Positions 9,676-18,140 of a stretch of 64,000 nt of DNA are shown piece after piece; position 1 is the first letter of the stretch, and each line of letters starts with the position of its first letter. The stretch lies in NCBI GenBank assembly GCA_020628865.1, contig JAHDEJ010000001.1, positions 170,395 to 234,394 of the forward strand, in the 5' to 3' direction. The notes below the pieces were generated by a model. That model had not been told where the DNA came from. It made no database searches and saw only the letters and a list, made by a program, of their open reading frames with translations. This DNA comes from Acidimicrobiales bacterium (GTDB taxonomy: Bacteria > Actinomycetota > Acidimicrobiia > Acidimicrobiales > SHLQ01). The position numbers and the translations under genes were made by a program.

Positions 9676-9922
9676 CCACATCCGTACCTGGTACCGATGT
9701 GGCGGACCGCACACCCTGCGTGACCTCATCACCACAATGGGGTCTGACCCCATTGTGAGGTGGCACGCGCGGAGGGTGACCCGGCGGCGTTGATTTCGTT
9801 GACGATCGGGCTGCAGCATCGCACTGCGGCACCACTTCCCCTGCTATGGGGTCTGACCCCAATGTGAGGGTTGCGCGCGGAGCGTGCGCGTCAGGTCACA
9901 TTCGTACCTGGTACCGATGTGG
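9676..9922. repeat. composite palindromic intergenic element (X-Y...Y-X)
   Basis: X copies: CCACATCCGTACCTGGTACCGATGTGG (9676-9702) and TCACATTCGTACCTGGTACCGATGTGG (9896-9922). Y copies: CAATGGGGTCTGACCCCATTG (9735-9755, perfect 10-bp arms) and CTATGGGGTCTGACCCCAATG (9844-9864), both followed by TGAGG. A recurring GCGCGCGGAGGGT(G/T)ACC motif lies at ~9768-9781 and ~9930-9945. Confidence 0.8.
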
Positions 9923-9940
9923 TGGGGTGCGCGCGGAGGG

Positions 9941-11158
9941 TTACCAGTCGAGGAGTTTTGCTTGGACGCCGACGGCGGTGAGCGCTTCGAGGACTCGCTC
10001 AGCGTGTTCGGCATCGAGCGTGTCGATCCGAAGCTCGAGCACCGTGGATCGAGCGCCGGTCGAACCCAGACCGTCGTGATCCACCTGCACCACGTTCGCG
10101 GCGGCCCGGGCGATCACCTCGGACACCAGCGCCAACCGACCAGGCGTATCGTCCAGCTCCACCCGTACCCGGTTCAGGCGACCCTGATTCGCCAGACCCC
10201 GCAACGTCACCACCGCCAGGGTCCGCGGATCGATGTTCCCGCCACACAGCACGAGGCCGACACGCTGCCCGGCGATCACGTCCGGGTACTCCATGCACGC
10301 CGCCAGTGCCGCAGCACCGGCACCCTCCACCACCGTCTTCTCGATCTCCAACAACATGGCGATCGCCTGCTCGATCGCCGCCTCCGACACCACGAGCATC
10401 TCCACATCGTGCTCGGCGAGGATGGCGCTCGTGAGCTCGCCGGGCTCGGTCACGGCGATGCCGTCCGCCACCGTCGAACCGGCCAGCGCCGTCGACGGAC
10501 GGGCCTCCAGCCGATCGGCCATCGACGGGTATCGCTCCGTCTGCACACCCAACACCCGAACCGGGCGGTCGTGTCCGGCCGCGGCGATGGCCAACCCGGA
10601 AGCGAGTCCGCCGCCGCCCACCGCAGCGATGATCAGATCCAGGTCCGGATCCTGCTGAAGCATCTCCAACCCGATCGTTCCCTGGCCGGCGATGACCGCC
10701 GGGTCGTCGAACGGATGGATGAACTCGAGATTGCGTTCGACCGCGAGCTCACGAGCCCGAACCGCGGACTCCATCACGTCGGCACCGGCGAGTTCGACCG
10801 TCGCGCCGAGGTCCCTGGTCCGGGCCACCTTCACGAACGGCGTGTTCTCCGGCATCACGATCGTGGTTTCGATCCCCAGCAGCGAGCCGTGATGCGCGAC
10901 CCCCTGCGCGTGGTTCCCGGCCGACATGGCGATGACCCCGCGACCCTCCGGGACGTTCAGAAGCCGGTTCCGGGCGCCTCGCCCCTTGAACGAACCCGTG
11001 TACTGCAGGTTCTCGAACTTGAGGAAGATGTCGGCACCGCAGATCTCCGAGAGCGTGTGCGATTGGTTGAGCGGAGTCTCGACGAGTGCGCCGTCCAGAC
11101 GTGTCTGCGCAGCGTGCAGGTCGGCGAGCGTGACCTCAGACGACGATGGTGGAGTCAT
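9941..11158 (-). CDS. ilvA: threonine ammonia-lyase (threonine dehydratase), short form with C-terminal ACT-like domain
   Basis: PLP Lys motif YTGSFKGRGA and GGGGL loop. The start may instead be GTG at 11134, because 11158 overlaps the upstream gene by 23 nt. Confidence 0.85.
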   Translation of the reverse strand: MTPPSSSEVTLADLHAAQTRLDGALVETPLNQSHTLSEICGADIFLKFENLQYTGSFKGRGARNRLLNVPEGRGVIAMSAGNHAQGVAHHGSLLGIETTIVMPENTPFVKVARTRDLGATVELAGADVMESAVRARELAVERNLEFIHPFDDPAVIAGQGTIGLEMLQQDPDLDLIIAAVGGGGLASGLAIAAAGHDRPVRVLGVQTERYPSMADRLEARPSTALAGSTVADGIAVTEPGELTSAILAEHDVEMLVVSEAAIEQAIAMLLEIEKTVVEGAGAAALAACMEYPDVIAGQRVGLVLCGGNIDPRTLAVVTLRGLANQGRLNRVRVELDDTPGRLALVSEVIARAAANVVQVDHDGLGSTGARSTVLELRIDTLDAEHAERVLEALTAVGVQAKLLDW

Positions 11159-11975
11159 CCGTCGAGGCTACCGACAACTCGACGGGAGGATCGGCGTGCA
11201 CGACGACGGTTGGCGGCTGCTGCGACGCCCGGTCGGCCATGTTCGGCAGGGACGGAGCCGACGACCGCACGTGCTGGCGGATTCGCACCACCTCGAACAA
11301 CGTCGTGAAGTAGGCGCCCACACGCACACGCGAGTCCTCGCGATGTTCCCACGTGACCGGCACTTCGAGAATGTGGTAGCCGAGCGCTCGGGCAAAGGCC
11401 AGCGCTTCGACGTCGAACGCCCAGCCGTCGGCTTCGCAACGGCGAAAGATCGCGTCGCTGGCCTCGCCGGTGAACACCTTGAAGCCACGCTGCGAGTCTT
11501 CGATTCCCGGCAGGACGAGACGCTGGATGATGCGGTTGCCGAGGCGACCGCAGAAGGATCGCAGACCCGGCTGCCGTACGGTCACGTCGGCACCTTCAGC
11601 GGCCACGGAGGCGATCATGACGGCCGGCTCGATCGGCTCCTTTGCTGCAGCAGCGAGCATGCGGTCGAATTCGCGGACGTTCGTCGAGTTGTCGGCGTCG
11701 AGAAAGAGGCGCCAGCGGCCCGTGCCCACGAGCATGCCCTGACGGACGGCGTGGCCCTTGCCGATGTTGCGGGGGCTCTCGACAACGCGAAGCCGTCGGA
11801 ACCGATCGGTGTGGGACAGCACCACCTCGACCGTGCGATCGGTCGAGCCGTCGTCGACGACGATGACCTCGTCGTCGAGGCCGCGCTCGTCCAGCCACTC
11901 GGCGATCGACAGCAGGGTCTCGCTGATGCGGCGTTCTTCGTTGTAGGCCGGGATGATGATCGAGAGGTCACGCAT
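11136..11975 (-). CDS. GT2-family glycosyltransferase (polyprenol-phosphate glycosyltransferase-like)
   Basis: Starts MRDLSIIIPAYNEE. Has VVDDGSTD and DAD motifs. Overlaps the stop of the upstream GT-C gene by 8 nt. Confidence 0.85.
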   Translation of the reverse strand: MRDLSIIIPAYNEERRISETLLSIAEWLDERGLDDEVIVVDDGSTDRTVEVVLSHTDRFRRLRVVESPRNIGKGHAVRQGMLVGTGRWRLFLDADNSTNVREFDRMLAAAAKEPIEPAVMIASVAAEGADVTVRQPGLRSFCGRLGNRIIQRLVLPGIEDSQRGFKVFTGEASDAIFRRCEADGWAFDVEALAFARALGYHILEVPVTWEHREDSRVRVGAYFTTLFEVVRIRQHVRSSAPSLPNMADRASQQPPTVVVHADPPVELSVASTDDSTIVV

Positions 11976-13197
11976 GGAGGACCGCTTTCTTCTTCGGAAG
12001 TGGCTCGGGGAGCGAGCGAGGAACGATGAGGGCGAGAAATGTGCCCAGCACCACCAGCGCAAGCGGGGTGGCACCGAACGCATCGGCGGACAATTGGGCG
12101 AGACCGAGCAGCCAGACGAGGCCGGCGGCCCGGAGTGCCGTGCGCTGGTTGAACGCAGGGACAGCGAAGCAGCTGAGAAGGGCGAGAACCAGGACTCCGG
12201 CGTCGTAGAACATCGTGTGTGGGCTCATGAGCAGCACGGCGACGGCGGCGACCCCCATCCGGGTCGGCAGTGGAACGGTGTCCGCCTTGATCCAAAGTGC
12301 GGAGACCGCACCGATCACGGCGAGGGCTCCGAGACCGCCGAGGAGCTGAGCGGTCGTCGACTCGGCGCCGAGCAGCGCCTGAAGGAAGCCGAGAATCGAG
12401 ATCGAGTTCGCGGCGTTGACCTCCGCATCGCGTTCAGCGAACGGCAGGACCTGCTCGACCCAGTCGCCAACCCAACCCACGCCCAGGAGCGGAACCATCG
12501 ATGCCCAGGTGCCGACACCCACGCCGATCGCCACGGCGGTGGCCCGGGTGTGTCGAGCGAGGAACAGCAGACCGATCATCGGGATTCCGTACTGCGGACG
12601 GAAGAGCAGCAGGCCGGCGGCCACGCCCGTGAGGACGTCCGATTCGTCGTGCAGCCCACGCCACATCGCGGCGAGGAGGAGCAGGGTGATCGCCGTGTTC
12701 TGACCGCCGCCGATGGCGGTGAAAAGGGGGTGGAACGTGAACGCCGCTGCGGCGATCGGCCAGAAGTGATCGGCCACGAACGGAACCGGGCGACGAAGCA
12801 GCGCAAGAGCGCCGAGCAGAGCGCCGCTCATCAGAACAGTGTGGGCGAGGTAACCGAGTTGGAAACCGAGGAGGGAGAGCGGCGCATAGGCGACCGCAAC
12901 GTGGGGCGGATACGCGAACGCGAGGTAGCCATCGAGGCCGAGCCCGGCCTGCGCCTCGGTCTGCCGGGTGGAATCGTACAAATCGGCGATGTCGCCGTCG
13001 GCGACGATCGACCCGGCACCATGGAATGCGGGGTAGTCACCGCCCAGCCGGGCACCTTCGGCGGCGCCGTCGCCAAGCCCGGCCCCCGACACCGCCGCAA
13101 GTCCAACGGCGACAGCGAGGGCCAGAAGCACCGCCTTCGAGAGGCGAACGACCCGGGGTCGGGAAGCGAAGTGGACCTGTGCCATCACTGCTTCCAT
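11968..13197 (-). CDS. polytopic membrane glycosyltransferase (GT87/DUF2029-like, GT-C fold)
   Basis: C-terminal ~405 aa of ORF 11968..13878 are strongly hydrophobic and multi-TM. The upstream part of that ORF overlaps the CitE-like gene. The start is ATG 13197 or 13185. Confidence 0.65.
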   Translation of the reverse strand: MEAVMAQVHFASRPRVVRLSKAVLLALAVAVGLAAVSGAGLGDGAAEGARLGGDYPAFHGAGSIVADGDIADLYDSTRQTEAQAGLGLDGYLAFAYPPHVAVAYAPLSLLGFQLGYLAHTVLMSGALLGALALLRRPVPFVADHFWPIAAAAFTFHPLFTAIGGGQNTAITLLLLAAMWRGLHDESDVLTGVAAGLLLFRPQYGIPMIGLLFLARHTRATAVAIGVGVGTWASMVPLLGVGWVGDWVEQVLPFAERDAEVNAANSISILGFLQALLGAESTTAQLLGGLGALAVIGAVSALWIKADTVPLPTRMGVAAVAVLLMSPHTMFYDAGVLVLALLSCFAVPAFNQRTALRAAGLVWLLGLAQLSADAFGATPLALVVLGTFLALIVPRSLPEPLPKKKAVLHA

Positions 13198-13243
13198 CGG
13201 AAAAATCAACGATTTTCCCAAAGGCCAGACGGCCCATTTGTGG

Positions 13244-14089
13244 CTACGAATCTTCGTCCATCTGGGCGAGCACCGCACGGGCTCGCAGGATGATCGGTGC
13301 GTCGACCATCGTGCCCTCGTACGAGACGACACCCCGGCCGTCGGCTTCGGCAGCCTCGGCCGCGGCCAGCAGCCCGCGGGCCCACTCGACCTCGGCATCG
13401 GACGGGGTGAACGCCGCAGTCGCAAGCGCCACCTGGCTCGGATGGATGCAGAGCTTGCCGGAATAGCCAAGGTCCCGCGCTTCAGCGGCTTCCCGCTCGA
13501 ATCGGGAGCTGTCGCCGTAGTCGACCACGACCTGGTCGGTGGCGGGAATGCCGGCAAGGCGAGCGGCAATGACGACCTGCGAACGGGCGTAGAGCACCTC
13601 GTTGTTCGATTCGGTCCGGCGACCACCGATGTCGGTGATGAAGTCCTCGGCGCCGAAGTAGACGAAGTCGACACCGGCCCCGCAGACCTCGATGGCGCGG
13701 TGCACGCCGGCGACCGATTCGATGCCTCCGCAAAGGATGCCATCGCCGAGGCCGGCAGCCACCATGGCCTCCCGAACGTCCTGCACCTCCCGATCCGCCT
13801 CGAGCTTCGGCACGATGATGCCGTCGGCCTGCGCCGCAGCGGCGGCAGCGACGTCGTCGGCGAAGTGGGTCGTGCCAATCGAGTTCGTCCGGACGAGCAG
13901 GGTCATTCCGCCTCGCTCCACTGCGCCGGGCACGGCCGACGTGAGCGTGGCGCGGGCGTCCGCCTTGCTCGCCTCTGGGGTCGCGTCCTCCAGATCGAGA
14001 ACGCCGACATCGGCACCAGCGGCGGCGAACTTCTCGACGAAGTCGACGCGGCTGGCCGGACCGAACAACACACTTCTCACTCGCATCAC
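13244..14089 (-). CDS. HpcH/HpaI aldolase / citrate-lyase beta subunit (CitE)-like acyl-CoA lyase
   Basis: 281 aa. VLDLEDA, GIESVAG and FGAEDF motifs typical of the CitE family. Confidence 0.85.
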   Translation of the reverse strand: MMRVRSVLFGPASRVDFVEKFAAAGADVGVLDLEDATPEASKADARATLTSAVPGAVERGGMTLLVRTNSIGTTHFADDVAAAAAAQADGIIVPKLEADREVQDVREAMVAAGLGDGILCGGIESVAGVHRAIEVCGAGVDFVYFGAEDFITDIGGRRTESNNEVLYARSQVVIAARLAGIPATDQVVVDYGDSSRFEREAAEARDLGYSGKLCIHPSQVALATAAFTPSDAEVEWARGLLAAAEAAEADGRGVVSYEGTMVDAPIILRARAVLAQMDEDS

Positions 14090-14177
14090 GTCAAACTACC
14101 CGTCTCTCCATGCTGCCTCTGCGCAGGTTGGAAGGATCGGCAGTTGGGGGGAGACTCCTGAGGTGCAGTTCGAACCA

Positions 14178-14879
14178 ATGCCGAGACGCAAACCCGGGGT
14201 GCTCAGCCGGACGGCGTCCACGGTCTCCGAGTCCGTCCGACTGATCGAGGCGCAACGGGAGCCGCACGCCCAGTTCTGGGATGAGTGGAACGCGGAAGCT
14301 GCGGCGTCGGATGGCCCCCTCTGGGTGGCGTTCGGCGATTCGAGCTCGCAGGGCATCGGCAGCCCCGACCCGATGGATGGTTGGGTCCCACGGATGACGG
14401 AGAAGCTGCGAGCGGAGACCGGCGATCCGTGGCGGTCGATCAACCTGAGCATCACCGGCGCACAGTTGGCGGACGTCCGCACGCACCAGATCCCCCGGCT
14501 CGAGCGTTTGCAGGCCGACGGCCAGACTCCCGCCCTGGTGACGCATCTGGCCGGCGCCAACGACCTGATGGCGCCGTTCGGGTGGTTGGCCACGAAGTCG
14601 AACCTTCTGGATGTGCTGGGCGAGCTGCCCGACGGGGCCGTCGTCGCTCGGGTTGGTGCTTCCAACAAGCTCAACGGGTTCATGGGCCGCATGATCAATC
14701 GGACCATCGAGCAGCACGCTCCAGACCGGAACTTTCATCTGTTCTGGCCCTGGAACTGGCCGGCACGAGACGGCTTCGCCGAAGACCGCTGGCATCCGAG
14801 TCCCGTCGGCTACGGCTACATGGTCGACCTGATCTGGCCGCGGATCTGCGAGTCGATCGGGTTCACCCCGTCGCCGTGA
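14178..14879 (+). CDS. SGNH/GDSL-family hydrolase
   Basis: The C-terminal part of ORF 13692..14879 has GDSSSQG (block I) and GANDL (block III). An alternative GTG start lies at 14163. Confidence 0.7.
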   Translation: MPRRKPGVLSRTASTVSESVRLIEAQREPHAQFWDEWNAEAAASDGPLWVAFGDSSSQGIGSPDPMDGWVPRMTEKLRAETGDPWRSINLSITGAQLADVRTHQIPRLERLQADGQTPALVTHLAGANDLMAPFGWLATKSNLLDVLGELPDGAVVARVGASNKLNGFMGRMINRTIEQHAPDRNFHLFWPWNWPARDGFAEDRWHPSPVGYGYMVDLIWPRICESIGFTPSP

Positions 14880-16443
14880 CGAGGAGCTCCTCCAACTGAC
14901 GCTGGTCGGCGAGCGCCGCCTCGACCGGCCTGACCACACGTGTGTCGCCAACCGATTCGATTGCCTGCTCGATCGATTTCCGGGCCTCGCGTGCTCGTCG
15001 CTTTGCGCCGAGACCGAGCGGGAATTGGACCAGCACGCCGAGCACGAGACCGATCAGCACGCCACCGATCAGCAGCGCTGACGGCAGGGGCATCCACTCC
15101 GCTTCTGGCGTCGGCGGAAGCAGTGGCTCGGTGTCGAATTGGAAGAAGCCTCCCAGGATGGCCACGACGAGCAGCCAGACGAGGCCGACGATGGCGGTGA
15201 CGGCGAGCAGTCGTTGCAGCCAGGAGAACAACGCCCACCAGCGGGGCGCCTGACCGGCGCGGATCGCGGCGGAGCCGACGGAGGAGCGGAGTTCGTCGAG
15301 CAGCGGTTCGCGTTGTGCCATGGCGGCCGTGCGGACGGTTGCTGGCCAGGGTGCCTCGAGGTCCGCCGCGACGGATTCGGCGTAGTCGCGCATCGCAAGG
15401 TCTGCACGCGGCGCGGACGCAGCGGATCGCCCTGGGCCGGGCAGATCGGCGAGCGGGCGACGGCCGAGCCGCCGCAGGAAACGGGTGAAGGGCCACCCCA
15501 TCGCCAGGCTTCCTTGACGACGGTGATGGGCGGCGGCGATTCCGGCGGCCGGACCGCTTCCTGCGGCCTCGCCGAGACCTTCGATGAGTGCGCTTCGAGC
15601 CTTCCCCTGGGTTTCGGCAGCCCCGCTTCCCCGTCGCAGCGTCGCCGCCGCCCCGGCCACGTCGGCACTGAGCCGATCCACCGAGGCCCGTCGATCGGCG
15701 ACGGCGTCGTGCAGCATCGCAACCAACTCCTCGAACCCCTCACCGGTTGCCGCCGAGACCGGGAGAACCCGAGGAGCATCGACGCCGTCGGCTTCGATGA
15801 GCCGCCGAAGATCGTCCGCTACCTCTGCCCCGCCGTCCGGCAACCGGTCCACCTGGTTCAGGACGAACCGAAGGATCGACGCGTGGCCGGCAAGTGGGGC
15901 GATGTAGCCGGCGTGCAGTGCCTCGTCTGCGTACTTCTGTGGATCGGTCACCCAGACGAGGACGTCGACGAGCGCAACGAGCCGGTCGACTTCGAGTCGG
16001 TGCTCGACGGCGGTCGAGTCGTGGTCGGGCAGGTCGAGCAGGACGAGGCCATCCAGCGCGTCGTACGACGAATCCACCCGATGCCGTCGTTGCACCTCGA
16101 GCCAGTCCAGGAGCGGACCGGCATCGGCGTCGCCCCACACGGCAGCGTGCGTCACGGAGGTCGTCGGCCGACGGACCCCGGAATCAGACAACGCTGTGCC
16201 CGCCAGTCGGTTGACGATTGAGGACTTCCCGGACCCGGTGGCGCCGGCGATCGCCACGACGGTGTGATGCGTGCCGTGACGAAGGCGCGAGGCCGACTTC
16301 TCGACGACAGCTGCGGCAGCGTCCACCTCCTCGTCAGGAAACGTTCCCCGGGCAAGCTCGACGGCAGCCTGAAGGGCGTTGACCCGGGATCGAAGCGACG
16401 AGTCGGGCCCTTCGTCCGTTTGCGTTGCGACGTCGTTGCTCAT
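14863..16443 (-). CDS. dynamin-like GTPase with C-terminal transmembrane hairpin
   Basis: P-loop GATGSGKSS, DLPD (G3) and NQVD (G4). C-terminal TM segments LLAVTAIVGLVWLLVVAILGGFF and LLIGGVLIGLVLGVLV. Confidence 0.8.
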   Translation of the reverse strand: MSNDVATQTDEGPDSSLRSRVNALQAAVELARGTFPDEEVDAAAAVVEKSASRLRHGTHHTVVAIAGATGSGKSSIVNRLAGTALSDSGVRRPTTSVTHAAVWGDADAGPLLDWLEVQRRHRVDSSYDALDGLVLLDLPDHDSTAVEHRLEVDRLVALVDVLVWVTDPQKYADEALHAGYIAPLAGHASILRFVLNQVDRLPDGGAEVADDLRRLIEADGVDAPRVLPVSAATGEGFEELVAMLHDAVADRRASVDRLSADVAGAAATLRRGSGAAETQGKARSALIEGLGEAAGSGPAAGIAAAHHRRQGSLAMGWPFTRFLRRLGRRPLADLPGPGRSAASAPRADLAMRDYAESVAADLEAPWPATVRTAAMAQREPLLDELRSSVGSAAIRAGQAPRWWALFSWLQRLLAVTAIVGLVWLLVVAILGGFFQFDTEPLLPPTPEAEWMPLPSALLIGGVLIGLVLGVLVQFPLGLGAKRRAREARKSIEQAIESVGDTRVVRPVEAALADQRQLEELLVTATG

Positions 16444-18113
16444 GTCCGACTCGCCTGCACGGCGGCGAGCGCGTCGGTGAGTGCACCACCGACGCCATCG
16501 ACGTGCCCGAGCAGTTCATCGAAGCGGGTTCGATCCTCGTCGAGCAGGCGCTCGAGGCGACCGATGAGGTTCTGTCGGGCATCCCGCGCCAGATCCCGAA
16601 CCGCCTGCTCTCCGAACACGGCGGTGAGCACGGCCTGCGAGACGGCGGCGGTGCCACCTGCGACTGCGGCTTCACCTCCGGTGATCCCACCGGTCTGCGA
16701 GAAGACGGCAACCATGAGCGCCACGCCGACACCGTTGATGCCGGTCGAGAGCGTCCGGGCGATCGTGACGCGGTCACCGGCCTGTTCCCGAACCAGGTCG
16801 AGCACACCCTGTTCCCAGGCGCGGAGCTCGTGCTCGAGCGCTGCGGTGAGCTGCGGGGCTGCCCGGTCGATTCCACGAGGTGCCGCCTCCAACACCTGCC
16901 GCCCACCGGGACGACCTTCCCACTGTTCGACCACGTCGAGGGCGGCACGGTCGACGGCGTCTCGTGTGACCACGAGCAGGTTCGACTCGAGCTGCCCTGC
17001 AGCCTGCTCATTGGGTGACTCTGCGCTGGTGAAGATCCGGCGGATGCCGTCGCGGACGCGACTGACCCCCGCTTCGAGGCGGGACATGAACGCGCCGGTT
17101 CCGACAAACTCGCGCCACTGGTCCAGCACCTCGCCTCGAAGCAGCGTGCCGCGGTCGAGTTCGACGTCGATGTCGATGAGCGCCTGGGCGTAGCGGCGCG
17201 TGGCAACGTCCTTGAGCCCTTCGATTCGCTGAGCCTGATCGTCGAGCGCGACCACGATTCGCTCGGTTCGCTCCGGGATGGAGTCGAGGGCGCCGTCGAG
17301 CGTCGCCCGAACCAGTTCCTGACGATGTGCACTGTCGGCGGCCAGGTCGTGGAGCCAGCTGCGAACGGGGTGGACGGCATCCGCGAGTCGCCCGTCGACC
17401 AGCTCGCCTTCAACGATGCTGAAGACTTCGGCACCGCCGAGGCCACGGTCGTCCAACATCTCGCGGAAGTGGGTGACGACCTCGTCCTCGTGCCCCTCGG
17501 GGATCCGATTGACGACGACGGCGAGCGCGGTGCTCCGTTCCTGGGCCATGCCCAGGTACTCCCACGGCACGGCGTCGGCGTAGCGCGCCGCCGTGGTCAC
17601 GAAGATCCAGAGATCGGCGGCGCCCAGCAGCTGCGCGGCGAGGTCGTGGTTGGCCACCTCGATCGAGTCGATGTCGGGCGCGTCGAGAATGGCAAGGCCG
17701 GCGGGGATGGCCGGATCGGTGGTGAGCCGCAGCCCGATCGTTCCCACCTCGGCGACGCTTGTGGATCGGGGCAGCCCGGGAAGCACCCCTTCGGGGTCGG
17801 AGAACCAGTCGAGATCGTCCGGGTTGCACACCAGCACCGGTGCGCGGGTGGTCGGCCGGAGCACCCCCGCTTGGGAGACGTCCGAACCGACGATGCTGTT
17901 CGTGATGGTCGACTTGCCCGCACCGGTGGAACCGCCGAGTACGGCCAGCAGCGGCGCGTCGACTCGCCGGAGCCGGGGCAGCAGGTAGTCGTCGATCTGG
18001 TCGAGCAGCTCTGCCCGGTCGCGTCGGGCCGCCTCCACCCCCGGGAGGTCGAGTGGGAGTTCGGCCGCGTCGAGCGCGCCACGAAGAGCTTCGAGGGAGG
18101 AGAGCGTTGTCAT
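16440..18113 (-). CDS. dynamin-like GTPase (partner of the downstream paralogue)
   Basis: P-loop GGSTGAGKST, DAPD and NRIP motifs. ATGA overlap with the downstream GTPase gene. Confidence 0.8.
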   Translation of the reverse strand: MTTLSSLEALRGALDAAELPLDLPGVEAARRDRAELLDQIDDYLLPRLRRVDAPLLAVLGGSTGAGKSTITNSIVGSDVSQAGVLRPTTRAPVLVCNPDDLDWFSDPEGVLPGLPRSTSVAEVGTIGLRLTTDPAIPAGLAILDAPDIDSIEVANHDLAAQLLGAADLWIFVTTAARYADAVPWEYLGMAQERSTALAVVVNRIPEGHEDEVVTHFREMLDDRGLGGAEVFSIVEGELVDGRLADAVHPVRSWLHDLAADSAHRQELVRATLDGALDSIPERTERIVVALDDQAQRIEGLKDVATRRYAQALIDIDVELDRGTLLRGEVLDQWREFVGTGAFMSRLEAGVSRVRDGIRRIFTSAESPNEQAAGQLESNLLVVTRDAVDRAALDVVEQWEGRPGGRQVLEAAPRGIDRAAPQLTAALEHELRAWEQGVLDLVREQAGDRVTIARTLSTGINGVGVALMVAVFSQTGGITGGEAAVAGGTAAVSQAVLTAVFGEQAVRDLARDARQNLIGRLERLLDEDRTRFDELLGHVDGVGGALTDALAAVQASRT

Positions 18114-18140
18114 GTCACCACCAAGGACGGTTGGCGGCGG

